From: Rhodothermales bacterium
GTDB taxonomy: Bacteria > Bacteroidota > Rhodothermia > Rhodothermales > BA12
Length of the DNA: 64,000 nucleotides
NCBI GenBank assembly: GCA_963841855.1
Contig: CAWJEJ010000001.1
Coordinates: forward strand, 1,042,789-1,106,788
Direction: 5' to 3'
How positions within the stretch are numbered: the stretch's first letter is position 1; each line of letters begins with the position of its first letter. Below are positions 8,462 through 18,564 of this stretch, one piece after another. The notes under the pieces were generated by a model. It was not told the DNA's origin and ran no database searches. It saw nothing but the letters and a program-made list of their open reading frames with translations. A program made the translations under genes and the position numbers.

Positions 8462-10788
8462 ATGCATTCGATTCGTTTGGCTCTTCGTCGCATTCGCCGC
8501 CGTCCGGGGTTCACGCTGCTTACGGCGTCGGGGCTGGCGCTTGGGCTGGCGTGCGCGCTGCTGATCGGTAGTTACCTCGCGGGCGAGTGGCGCTACGACA
8601 CGCACTACATCGGACTCGGATCAACTGGTGCGCGTGGCGACGGTCTTCGACGAGGAGGTGGTGACGGTGAGCGCTTCGGCGGTCGCTCCAACGCTGATCG
8701 CGGACGTGCCGACGGTCACGCACGCCGTCCGCATGTTCGAGGCGTCGGCATTTGGGACGCCCTTCGTCGAGGCCAACGGGCGCGGGTTCGAGGAGGCCAA
8801 CGAGGTCTGGTTCGCCGACGAAGGCTGGGCGGACGTGATCGGCACACCGCTCGTCGCTGGAGCGGCCAGACTGATCGACCCGGCCACAGTGCTCCTATCT
8901 GAGCACACGGCTGAGCGGTACTTCGGATCGGCGCAAGCCGCCGTCGGGCAGACGATCACGATGGACGCGCGGCGCGTGTTGACGGTAACAGGCGTCTTCG
9001 CCGATGCACCCGAAACATCGCACATTCGCCCGCGCATCGTGGCGTCGTGGTATAGGATGAGCCAGATCGAGCCGTCGTGGACGCGCGTCAACTACGCCAC
9101 TTACGCGCGCCTGACCGACCGTGCCGACCTCGCATCGGCCCAAGCCGCCCTCAACCAGATCGCCGACGCGCTAGGCGAAGACGAACGCGGATTCAGCCAA
9201 CTACTATTCCAGCCCGTCGACCAGATCCACGCGACCGAGAGCGGCTCGCGTCTGCGGTACCTGATGCTGTCGTTGTGTCGTACTCGTCATCGCCGCCGTC
9301 AACTTCGTCAACCTGACGACGGCGCGGCAGGCCGAGCGAACGTCGGAAGTCGGCGTGCGCAAGGCCGTGGGCGCACCTCGGAGCCTGTTGATCGGACAGT
9401 TTTTGGGGGAGTCGTTGGCGATTACGAGTGTGGCGGGCATCGTCGGCGTGGGGCTGACGGCGCTGGGGCTTCCGTTCGCGGAAGCCATTGCGGGGCGCCA
9501 CGTGCTGCCGCCGGCCGAATGGGGCTGGCTCGTGGGGCTGGCGTACATAGGGACGACCCTCGTCGTCGGCTTGCTGGCGGGTCTCTATCCGGCGTTGGCG
9601 CTGTCGAGCGGATCGTCGCTCCAGGCGCTGCGCGGACGCATCGTCGGGCCGAGAGGTGGGGTGCAGTTGCGCCGGATCCTCGTGACGGCGCAGTTAGCGA
9701 TCTCGCTGGCGTTCGTGGCCGGAGCGCTGATCGTTCAGCAGCAGCTCAGCTTCTTAAGAACCGCCGACCTGGGCTTCGATCGCGCCGCAACCGTGACGGT
9801 CCCGCTGGGCGGATGGGAAGGGCAGAAGTTTGAGCGCGTCCGGGCCGAGCTAGGCGACGTACCCGGCGTCTTGGGCATCGCCGCGCTGACGAGTCTCCCC
9901 GGCGAACACCATGGCGGGTACAGCGCCACGTGGCCCGGACGCGAGGGCGACGAGTTGGCGCTGCGCGCGTCCGTCGCAAGTAGGGAAGCAATCGACGCGT
10001 TGGGGCTGCGTATCGTGGCGGGCGAAAGTCTGCCTGCTGTCGCTACCCCAGACTCCGTCGGGGCGTTTCGCTTCGTCGTCAACGAGGAGGTCGCGCGTGC
10101 CGTTGCCGGGTCGAACGAGGCGGCCATTGGCCATCCGTTCGTGATGAACGGGCGCGAGGGCGAGATCGTGGGCGTCGTCCAAGACTTCCACTACGCATCG
10201 CTGCACGAGGCCGTCGGCCCGTTCGTGCTCTTCAGCCAAGCCACGCCCTGGTACTCCGAACTCGTCGTGCGCCTGGCTCCCAACGCGCCCGGCGACGTGC
10301 TCGACCAACTCGCCGGAAGATGGAACGCAGCCGAGACGGGGCGCCCCTTCGTCTACCACTTCCTCGACGAGCAATTGGGCGATCTCTACGCCGCAGATCG
10401 TCGGCTGGGCAGCCTGGCCGGGCTGGCCGCGCTGGTCACCATTCTCGTCGCCTGCCTGGGGCTGTTCGGACTGGCCGCATTCTCGGTCGCCCGGCGGCGC
10501 AAGGAGATCGGCGTGCGTAAGGCGCTGGGCGCGGCGGCGGTCGGCATCGTCGGGTTGGTATCGCGCGAGTTTGCCGTTTTGGTCGGGCTGGGGTTTGTGA
10601 TCGGCGCTCCGGTCGCGTGGGCGTTCGGCGTGTGGTGGAAAGAGGGGTTTGCGTATTCGGCGGGCGGAGCGGGGTGGGCGATTGTGGCGTCGGGCCTGCT
10701 CGTGCTGGCGCTGGCGCTGCTGACCGTCAGCTACCACGCCTGGCGCGCCGCGACGCTCGACCCGGCCCTCGTACTCCGCGACGAGTAG
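8462..10788 (+). pseudogene. duplicated MacB/FtsX-type ABC permease P3, two frameshifts
   Basis: Starts MHSIRLALRRIRRRPGFTLLTASGLALGLACALL. The frame changes near 8609 (into the ORF 8628-9833 frame) and near 9280 (into the ORF 9355-10788 frame, which restores VVLVIAAVNFVNLTTARQAERTSEVGVRKAVGA). The C-terminal module LGLFGLAAFSVARRRKEIGVRKALGA is present, and the protein ends LVLRDE. Confidence 0.75.
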
Positions 10789-10800
10789 CGACGGCCTCTC

Positions 10801-10834
10801 AACCATGACATGTCTCTCTAGACACGTCATGTTT
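10801..10834. promoter_or_regulatory. AT-rich palindrome (catgacatgtc family) 13 nt after the P3 stop; possible terminator or operator
   Basis: aaccatgacatgtct-ctct-agacacgtcatgttt followed by t. It is related to the perfect palindrome at 53371-53403. Confidence 0.4.
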
Positions 10835-10979
10835 TACTTCCGCACATCGTCCAATCGTCCGCCGCCGCACGCACGCTGTCCGGCAGCGGACACGGCACAG
10901 CGTTCTGGATGCTAAAAACGTCGCATGGGCGCGAGGCACGCGTTTGGCCTAGCCGGAGGGCACCAACACGGACACGCTC

Positions 10980-13388
10980 ATGCTCATGCTCGCCTCTTCC
11001 TTTCGCACCGCCCTTCGCAGCCTGACGCGCAACCGCGGCTTCGCGTTTCTCAACGTCGCCGGCCTGGGGCTGGGACTGGCGTGCGTGATTCTGATCGCGC
11101 TCTACGCCCACGACGAACTGATCGTCGACGATTTCCACGAAAACAGGGACCGCATCGCTCGCGTCGATCTGACGTGGACCGAAGACGGCGAGGTCGACGA
11201 ACTGCCGGTGACGCCCGCCGTCATGGGGCCCGAAATCACCGCGCGGGTGCCGTCGGCCCAAGCGGTCGTGCGCGTGACCACGACTGACGCCGTGCTGACC
11301 GTTGGCGAGCAGGCATTCGAGGCCGAGCGAGGCGCGCTGATGGCGGACGACGGTTTCTTCGACGTGTTCTCGTTTCCTCTGATCGAAGGCGACGCGGCGA
11401 CCGTGCTGGCCGAGCCGGGGCGCGTCGTCGTGTCACAGTCGCTGGCGCGCACGCTGTTCGGCGACGCCCCCGCCGTCGGGCAGACGCTGACGCAAGCTGG
11501 CTACGCGCTGACGGTCTCGGGCGTGATGGCCGACGTTCCGCGCCACTCGCACCTGAATTTCTCGGCCGTCACCTCTCTGGCGACGATGTACGACGTAGAG
11601 TGGCTCTTCTCGGGCTGGTTCTCCAACGCCGTCGCTACCTACACGCTGATGCGTGAGGGTACGTCGGCGGATGCGTTCGAGGCGCAACTCGGCCTGTTCA
11701 TCGAAGAGGCTGCGGGAACGCAGATGGCAGAGATGGCCATCCAGCTGGTGCCCGTAGTCCGTCCGCTGGAAGGGCTTTACTTCTCCGACGCGGCAGGCAT
11801 CGGGCGCTGGGGAAGCCAGACGACCTTACGGATTCTGACGCTGATCGCGCTGTTCGTGCTCGTCGTGGCAGGCGTCAACTTCACCAACCTCGCCACGGCT
11901 AGGTCGCTCGATAGGGCCAGGGAAGTCGGCGTGCGGCGGACGCTGGGAGCGGGACGCGTCGGGCTAGCGATCCAGTTTCTGATCGAAGCGGTTTTGCTGA
12001 GTTTGGTCGCCTTGGTGATCGCTGTCGGGCTGGCATGGATCGCACTTCCGACGTTCCGCATCGTCGCCGACCTTCCGGTCGTGCTGGCGGACCTGGGGAT
12101 GTGGTGGAGCGCCATCGTCGCGCTGGCCATCGGGACGGGACTTCTGGCGGGCGCGTATCCGGCGTTCGTGCTGAGCGGCTTCCGACCGGCCCAGGTGCTC
12201 AAAGGACAGTTCGCGACCGGCAAACAGGGCGCGATGCTGCGGCACGGACTCGTCGGTTTGCAGTTCACCGCGTCGATCGCGCTCCTGGCGGCGACGGCCA
12301 TCGTGTTCGGCCAACTGGACTTTATGCAGAACCGCGACCTGGGCTTCGACGCGGGCGACGAGCAGTCGCAACTCGTGCTGCTGCCCTATGCCATCAACGA
12401 AGAAGTTGCTCCCCGCCTGGCCGAACTGCGCGAGCGGATCGGCGCTCTGCCCCAGGTACAAGGCCTGAGCATCGGCCTGAGCGCGCCGACGAGCGGTGGT
12501 GGCAGAGGCAGCGGATTCGTCCAACGAGCCGACGGTAGTGAGCAAGAAATGCTGGCTGGAATGTTTCTCGCAGATACGTCGCTGGCGCCGGTCATGGGAC
12601 TGACGCTAACGGCAGGGCGCAACATGCGACCGATGCAGACGAGAGAATCGCCACGCGAAGCCCTGGTCAACGAGACGGCGACGCGCCAGGCAGGCTACGC
12701 CGAACCCAGCGACGCATTGGGCAAACAGGCCGAGTTCTGGGGCATGAACGCCACCATCGTGGGTGTCGTGCGCGACTTCCACACCCAAGGACTGCAAGCC
12801 GAGATCTCGCCCGCCTTCATCTCGCCCGTCCCCCCAGGAAACACGGACTTCCTGAACAACATCCTGATCCGCGTCGGCACGACCGATCTCTCCGAGACGC
12901 TCGACGAGATGCAGGCGATCTGGACCGACCTGGCGCCGACGCGTCCGTTCGAGTATGCGTTCATGGACGAGCGGTTTGCCGAGCAGTATCAGACCGAGCA
13001 GCGCTTCGGCACGTTGTTCTTGTTCTTCGCCGGACTCGCCATCGCGATCGCTCTGCTGGGCCTGTTCGGACTGGCGGCGCACTCGGCGAGCAAGCGCGCC
13101 AAGGAAATCGGCGTGCGGCGCGTGCTGGGGGCGACGGTCGTCCAGGTCATCGCGCTGCTGGGGCGGGGCACCGTCGCCCTCGTCCTGATCAGCGTGCTGC
13201 TGGCCGTGCCCGCCGTCGTGTGGGGTATGAACACGTGGCTCGACGGCTTCGCCTACCGCATCGACGTGGGCGTGGCGCCGTTCGCGCTGGCCGGTGGCAC
13301 CGTGCTGATTCTGGCATTGGCGACGGTGGCGTATCACGCCGTCCGGGCGGCGCGGCTCAACCCGGCGGCTTCGCTGCGGGACGAATAA
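10980..13388 (+). CDS. duplicated MacB/FtsX-type ABC permease P4
   Basis: Intact 802-aa ORF. N-terminal TM segment (RNRGFAFLNVAGLGLGLACVILIAL) and two FtsX modules (VNFTNLATARSLDRAREVGVRRTLGA; LGLFGLAAHSASKRAKEIGVRRVLGA), each preceded by a large extracytoplasmic segment. Ends SLRDE. Confidence 0.85.
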   Translation: MLMLASSFRTALRSLTRNRGFAFLNVAGLGLGLACVILIALYAHDELIVDDFHENRDRIARVDLTWTEDGEVDELPVTPAVMGPEITARVPSAQAVVRVTTTDAVLTVGEQAFEAERGALMADDGFFDVFSFPLIEGDAATVLAEPGRVVVSQSLARTLFGDAPAVGQTLTQAGYALTVSGVMADVPRHSHLNFSAVTSLATMYDVEWLFSGWFSNAVATYTLMREGTSADAFEAQLGLFIEEAAGTQMAEMAIQLVPVVRPLEGLYFSDAAGIGRWGSQTTLRILTLIALFVLVVAGVNFTNLATARSLDRAREVGVRRTLGAGRVGLAIQFLIEAVLLSLVALVIAVGLAWIALPTFRIVADLPVVLADLGMWWSAIVALAIGTGLLAGAYPAFVLSGFRPAQVLKGQFATGKQGAMLRHGLVGLQFTASIALLAATAIVFGQLDFMQNRDLGFDAGDEQSQLVLLPYAINEEVAPRLAELRERIGALPQVQGLSIGLSAPTSGGGRGSGFVQRADGSEQEMLAGMFLADTSLAPVMGLTLTAGRNMRPMQTRESPREALVNETATRQAGYAEPSDALGKQAEFWGMNATIVGVVRDFHTQGLQAEISPAFISPVPPGNTDFLNNILIRVGTTDLSETLDEMQAIWTDLAPTRPFEYAFMDERFAEQYQTEQRFGTLFLFFAGLAIAIALLGLFGLAAHSASKRAKEIGVRRVLGATVVQVIALLGRGTVALVLISVLLAVPAVVWGMNTWLDGFAYRIDVGVAPFALAGGTVLILALATVAYHAVRAARLNPAASLRDE

Positions 13389-13396
13389 TGACACCC

Positions 13397-13422
13397 GGAC
13401 GAATCGCAGATTCGCTCCTACG
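13397..13422 (+). repeat. REP-like hairpin + CTAC
   Basis: ggacgaatcgcagattcgctcctacg has stem cgaatc/gattcg. The CTAC ends 16 nt before ATG 13438. Confidence 0.5.
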
Positions 13423-13437
13423 ACACTACCCTGGATC

Positions 13438-15795
13438 ATGTATCGAAATCATCTTCTCGTGGCGCTGCGGCGCATTCGGAGGCAGCCGGGCTACTCGTCA
13501 CTCAACATTCTGGGGCTGGCCGTCGGGCTGGCGTGCAGCTTCTTTATCCTGCTCGCGGTTTACCATCAGACGTCGGTCGACCGCTTTCACGAGAAGACCG
13601 ACGATCTGTACCGCATCATGCGCAGCGTCGGCGATGACGCGTGGAACTCGGTGCAGCTTCCGCTCGCGCAGGCGATGGAGAGCCAGATTCCCGAAGTCGC
13701 GCACGTGCTGCCGCTCACGTGGGGCAGCGATTTGCTGGTAACGACGGGCGAGACCAGCTTTCGCGAGCAGGGGCGGTTTGCAGGCCCCGAGTTCTTCGAG
13801 ATGTTCTCCTACCCGCTGATCGAGGGCGATGCGGCGACGATTCTCGGCGCGCCCACATCGGCGGCGATCTCCGAGTCGATGGCCGAGCGGATGTTCGGGA
13901 CCGACTGGCGCGAGCAGCACGTCATCGGCCAGCCGCTCAGCGTCGACGGACGCGCGGGCTTTCAAGTGTCCGGCGTCTTCGCCGACATCTCCGACCTCTC
14001 GTCGATCGCGCCGGACCTGCTGCTCTCCATCGCCGACTACGAGGCGCGCAACGCATGGCTCGACAGCTGGCAGAACTCGGGGCTGCAGTTACTCGTCGAG
14101 TTGAAGCCTGGAGCCTCGGCAGACGTCGTAAACGCCAAGATCGCGGGAATGCTCGACGCTAACCGGGAGGAGGTGGGACAGAGCCAGGTGCCGTTCCTGC
14201 ACCCCTACGGCGACATGTACCTCTATACCGAGTTCGACGGGACTACGGCGGTCGGCGGCGTGATCGGCGTCATCCGTGTCTTTTTGATCGTCGCGCTGTT
14301 TCTGCTCGCGATAGCGGCGATCAACTTCATGAACCTCGCCACGGCGCGGTCGGGACAGCGCGTCAGGGAGATCGGCGTGCGCAAGGCGATTGGGGCGGCC
14401 AAGGCATCGGTCGCGGGGCAGTTTCTGCTCGAAGCCGTCCTGCTGTCGCTCCTTGCGCTGGCCGTAGCGCTGCTTATCGTCGCGCTCTCGCTTCCGGCGT
14501 TCAGCGAAGTGACCGGCCTCGACTTCGCGTTCGCGCAGACCGATCCGCGGTTTTGGATGGCCGGAGCCGTCATCGCCGTCGTCATCGGATTGATCGCGGG
14601 CAGTTACCCCGCTGTCTACCTCTCCTCGTTCCGCCCCGCCGTCGTGCTGCGCGGCGCGTTCCGGCAGGGCCGAGGTGCACGCTGGGCGCGCAAGGGCCTA
14701 GTCGTCTTCCAGTTCGCCCTGTCGACGCTGCTCATCGTCGGCACACTGACAGTCTACCTGCAGATGAACTACATCCAGACCAAAGACATGGGGCTGGACC
14801 GCTCGGACATCGTCCTGTTTCGCGTCGAAGGAGGCGCGCAGCAGCAGTGGTCTTCGTTCCGCCAGTCGCTCGAAGAGCAGCCGGGCATCGCGTCGGTGAG
14901 TGCGACGAATCAGAACCCGCTCTCCGTAAGCAACTCGACCAACAATGTGCAGTGGGAAGGCAAGCCGGACGGCGACGTCACCAACTTCTACCTCATCCAC
15001 GCCGACTACGATTTCATCGAGACGATGCGGATGCAGGTAGTCGCCGGGCGTACGTTCCTGCCTGATTTCGCGTCGGACAGTTCGGGCGTGATCGTCAACC
15101 AGCAGATGGCCGAGCACATGGGCATGGAAGACCCCGTCGGCCAGCCGATCCACGTCGGCGGCATCGACGGGCAGATCGTCGGCGTGGTGGCGGACTTCCA
15201 CATGACGTCGGTGCAGCGGCGGATCGAGCCGACGGCAATTCTGCTCAACCCGGAGCGCGCGCATCTGGCGACGGTGCGCGTCGAGCCGGGGCAGGCTAGG
15301 GCCGGGCTGGCGAGCATCCAGTCGCTGCTGACCGAGTTCAACCCCGGGCTGCCGTTCGACTACTCGTTTCTCGACGAGCGCTTCGAGGCGATGTACCGCC
15401 TGGAGACGATCACGAGCGTGCTCTCGCGCCTGTTCGCCATCGTCGGCCTGTTCGTGGCGGCGATGGGGCTGTTCGGACTCGCCGCGTTCACGTCGGAGCA
15501 GCGCCGCAAGGAAGTCGGCGTGCGCAAAGTGCTGGGCGCGAGCGTGCCGGGCCTCGTCGGCCTGCTGACGCGCGACTTCGTGCTGCTCGTCGTGATCGCA
15601 TTCGTGGCCGCCGTGCCTCTCGCCTACGTCGTGATGGACGCCTGGCTCGACGGCTTTGCCTACCGCGTCGACCTGGGCGTCGCGCTCTTCGCGATTGCGG
15701 GCGGAGCGCTCGTGACCATCGCGCTGCTGACCGTTGGCGTCCAGGCAGTGCGCGCCGCCGTCGCCGATCCGGTGCGGGCGCTGCGGAGCGAGTGA
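13438..15795 (+). CDS. duplicated MacB/FtsX-type ABC permease P5
   Basis: Intact 785-aa ORF. Modules INFMNLATARSGQRVREIGVRKAIGA and MGLFGLAAFTSEQRRKEVGVRKVLGA. Ends ALRSE. Confidence 0.85.
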   Translation: MYRNHLLVALRRIRRQPGYSSLNILGLAVGLACSFFILLAVYHQTSVDRFHEKTDDLYRIMRSVGDDAWNSVQLPLAQAMESQIPEVAHVLPLTWGSDLLVTTGETSFREQGRFAGPEFFEMFSYPLIEGDAATILGAPTSAAISESMAERMFGTDWREQHVIGQPLSVDGRAGFQVSGVFADISDLSSIAPDLLLSIADYEARNAWLDSWQNSGLQLLVELKPGASADVVNAKIAGMLDANREEVGQSQVPFLHPYGDMYLYTEFDGTTAVGGVIGVIRVFLIVALFLLAIAAINFMNLATARSGQRVREIGVRKAIGAAKASVAGQFLLEAVLLSLLALAVALLIVALSLPAFSEVTGLDFAFAQTDPRFWMAGAVIAVVIGLIAGSYPAVYLSSFRPAVVLRGAFRQGRGARWARKGLVVFQFALSTLLIVGTLTVYLQMNYIQTKDMGLDRSDIVLFRVEGGAQQQWSSFRQSLEEQPGIASVSATNQNPLSVSNSTNNVQWEGKPDGDVTNFYLIHADYDFIETMRMQVVAGRTFLPDFASDSSGVIVNQQMAEHMGMEDPVGQPIHVGGIDGQIVGVVADFHMTSVQRRIEPTAILLNPERAHLATVRVEPGQARAGLASIQSLLTEFNPGLPFDYSFLDERFEAMYRLETITSVLSRLFAIVGLFVAAMGLFGLAAFTSEQRRKEVGVRKVLGASVPGLVGLLTRDFVLLVVIAFVAAVPLAYVVMDAWLDGFAYRVDLGVALFAIAGGALVTIALLTVGVQAVRAAVADPVRALRSE

Positions 15796-15967
15796 CATCG
15801 GCCTCTTGCATCTGCCAGGTATTGGAGACCTGATAGGTTTCTACTCCGCCCATCCGTTCACCGGCGCACGGACGCTGTTCGCTGGCGGACAGGCTGGCAC
15901 GCGATTCCGCTGGCTACGGCGCGGTTCGCGCGTCGGCACAGCGTTGGTAAGGTGCGACGTGTCCGGT

Positions 15968-15992
15968 CGACGCGGCGTGCTGCGTCGCTACG
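15968..15992 (+). repeat. REP-like element, A type (degenerate)
   Basis: cgacgcggcgtgctgcgtcgctacg. The CTAC ends 21 nt before ATG 16013. Confidence 0.65.
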
Positions 15993-16012
15993 TTTCTGAT
16001 CTGCTGATTGAT

Positions 16013-18400
16013 ATGATTGCTTCCTACTTCCGCGTCGCCCTTCGCACGCTGCGCCGCCATCGGGTGCACACGACGCTCACCGTTCTGGGACTGGCGCTGG
16101 GCATGGCGGTGTGCCTGCTCGTCGGCGCGTTTGCGTGGCATCTGGCGTCGTTCGACCAGTTTCACGCGCAGTCGGACCGGATCGTGCGGATCCTGACGGA
16201 CCGTTTGGAGCGGGACGGCGAGACGACGGCGCTGGGTGCCACGCCCGCTCCGCTGGGAGCCGAGATCCAGGCCGACGTGCCGGGCGTCGAAGCCGTCGTG
16301 CGCATCGGTGAACTGACGACCTCGGCGGTTCACGACGGACGCGCGACCCCGCTAACCGGACTGTTCGCCGATCCGACGTTTTTCGACGTGTTCGACTTCG
16401 CGACGACGCAGGGCGACGGACGCCAGGCGCTCGCCACGCCCGGAAACCTGCTGCTGACAGCCGATGCCGCCGAGCGCATCTTCGGCTCGGCCGATCCTAT
16501 CGGCCAGACGGTCACGCTCGAAGGTCGGTCGGGTGGCGCGTTCGTCGTCGCCGGGCTGCTGGCCGATCCGCCGGGTCCGTCGCACCTGCGCTTCGAAGCG
16601 CTGGCGTCGTTCGGCAGCGTCGCAGCGAACGACGCGTCGGACTGGGGCAACACGTGGACGTTCGCGACCTATCTGCTGCTCGACCAGCCGCAAACCGCTG
16701 AGCGCGTCGCGGCTGCGCTCCCTGCCCTAGCCGCGCGCACCTACGACACGCCGGCGCGCACCACGTTTCGTGTGCAGCCGCTACGCGACATCGCGTTGGG
16801 GCCTTATCTGGGCAACGAGGTGTCGAGTTACAGCGTCCCAGCCGTCGTCATCTACTTCCTCTCAGCGCTCGGACTCGTCGTCATGCTGGCTGCTGGATTC
16901 AACTACGTCAGCTTGACCATTGCCAGATCGCTCGAACGCGCTCGCGAGATCGGCGCGCGCAAGACGCTGGGCGCCGGACGTAGGCAGGTAACGGCACAAC
17001 TGCTCGCCGAGTCGGCTCTGGCCTCTGTGCTGGCGACGGTCGTGGCCGCCTTGCTGCTCGTGCTGCTCGTTCCAGGCTTCAACTCGCTGGCGTTCGTCCA
17101 ACTCTTCGACGTGCAGATCCAGATGCGCCACCTGCTCGACCCCAGGCTGATCGGCCTGTTCGCGCTGTTTGGCGTGGGCGTGGGCGTCATCGCCGGACTC
17201 TACCCCGCGCTGCGACTGGCGCGTGCAACTCCGCTGGCAGCGCTGCGTGGCGGATCGACCAGTGGGCGCGCGTCCGGACGGCGGCTGCGCTTCTCGCTCG
17301 TCGGCGCTCAGCTGGGCGTCGCGCTGCTCTTCGTGCTGACGACCGCTCTGCTCGGCGCGCAGTTTCGCCACCTCGCCCAGGCCGAGTATGGATTCGACCA
17401 GAGAGACGTGCTCACCGTCGATTTGCAGGGCCAGTCGTTCGACGTGTTTCGCTCAGAGGTGGAGGCGCAGCCCGGCGTGGCGGTCGTGGCAGGCACGTCC
17501 ATGCTCCCGGTTTCCGGCTTGACTTCGGGCGCACAACTGCGACGCGTGGGCAGCGATTCGACAGCCGCCGACGTGTACGCCGCGACGCCGGAGTTCTCTC
17601 GAGCGCTGAACCTTGAGTTCGTCGCCGGGCAACCGCTGGGAGCCGGTGGGCGCGCTGCGGCTGGAACCGTCGTGCTCAACCAGACGGCTACGCGCCGGCT
17701 GGGCTTCGACGCACCCGGCGACGCCATCGGAGCCGCTCTGACGCTCACCGTAGGAGCAGGCAGACAGGTCGAAGTCGTCGGCGTCGTGCGAGACTACCAA
17801 TACGACTTGCCGACAGAAGGCATCGGTTCTATGGTGCTGCATACCGCTCCCGAGAGGATCCGCTTCGCCGTCGTCCGCACCCAACCGGGCGCGCTGTCTC
17901 AGGTCGAGGCGGACGTGGCATCGCTATGGAAGCGACTCGATCCGGTCCACCCGGTTGCGATGCAGCGGTTCGAGGCGCAGATCTCGGACGGCCCGATTCG
18001 CCACATGCTGGCCGCGTTCAACCGAATGCTGACGGTCGTGTCGCTGCTGGCGCTGGTGATTTCGTGCCTGGGGCTGCTCGGCATGGCGGCGTATCACGTC
18101 GAGAGTAGGGTCAAGGAAGTCGGCGTGCGCAAGGTGCTGGGCGCGAGCCGTGCCGCCGTCGTGTGGCTGCTCTCGCGCGAGTTCGTCGCGCTGACGCTGG
18201 TCGTGGTCTTGATCGCCGTGCCCCTGACGCTGGTGCTGGCCGGAGCGTGGCTCGACGTGTTCGCCGTCCGCACCCAGATCGACCCGCTACTCGTAATCGG
18301 CTGCGTGGGGCTGACGGCAGCCGCGGCGCTAGGCGTGGTCGTCTCGCAGACGCTGCGGGCGGCTTCGGCGGATCCGGTGGCTTCGCTGCGGGCGGAGTAG
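16013..18400 (+). CDS. duplicated MacB/FtsX-type ABC permease P6
   Basis: Internal ATG of ORF 15734-18400, chosen so that the N-terminus MIASYFRVALRTLRRHRVHTTLTVLGLALGMAVCLL aligns with the paralogs. Modules FNYVSLTIARSLERAREIGARKTLGA and LGLLGMAAYHVESRVKEVGVRKVLGA. Confidence 0.85.
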   Translation: MIASYFRVALRTLRRHRVHTTLTVLGLALGMAVCLLVGAFAWHLASFDQFHAQSDRIVRILTDRLERDGETTALGATPAPLGAEIQADVPGVEAVVRIGELTTSAVHDGRATPLTGLFADPTFFDVFDFATTQGDGRQALATPGNLLLTADAAERIFGSADPIGQTVTLEGRSGGAFVVAGLLADPPGPSHLRFEALASFGSVAANDASDWGNTWTFATYLLLDQPQTAERVAAALPALAARTYDTPARTTFRVQPLRDIALGPYLGNEVSSYSVPAVVIYFLSALGLVVMLAAGFNYVSLTIARSLERAREIGARKTLGAGRRQVTAQLLAESALASVLATVVAALLLVLLVPGFNSLAFVQLFDVQIQMRHLLDPRLIGLFALFGVGVGVIAGLYPALRLARATPLAALRGGSTSGRASGRRLRFSLVGAQLGVALLFVLTTALLGAQFRHLAQAEYGFDQRDVLTVDLQGQSFDVFRSEVEAQPGVAVVAGTSMLPVSGLTSGAQLRRVGSDSTAADVYAATPEFSRALNLEFVAGQPLGAGGRAAAGTVVLNQTATRRLGFDAPGDAIGAALTLTVGAGRQVEVVGVVRDYQYDLPTEGIGSMVLHTAPERIRFAVVRTQPGALSQVEADVASLWKRLDPVHPVAMQRFEAQISDGPIRHMLAAFNRMLTVVSLLALVISCLGLLGMAAYHVESRVKEVGVRKVLGASRAAVVWLLSREFVALTLVVVLIAVPLTLVLAGAWLDVFAVRTQIDPLLVIGCVGLTAAAALGVVVSQTLRAASADPVASLRAE

Positions 18401-18518
18401 CTCCGTCCACCGGCGCACGGGCGCTGTTCGATGCCGAACACTCCGACACGCGTTTCAGGCCGCTGAGCCGCGATTCGCGCGTCGGCATAGCGTTGGCGAT
18501 AGAGTTGAGCGCTTACCT

Positions 18519-18545
18519 CGACGACGCCCACGCTGCGTCGCTACG
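18519..18545 (+). repeat. REP-like element, A type (degenerate)
   Basis: cgacgacgcccacgctgcgtcgctacg. The CTAC ends 20 nt before ATG 18565. Confidence 0.55.
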
Positions 18546-18564
18546 TCTCTGTATCACTGCCGAT

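Noticed and set aside
15734-16012. N-terminal extensions of track ORFs (also 18163-18564, 23471-23497, 32443-32490, 53006-53470, 44489-44641)
   Set aside because: The extensions read through REP hairpins or conserved non-coding leaders, or overlap the divergent neighbour. They have no counterpart in the paralogs. Internal starts give N-termini that align across the family.
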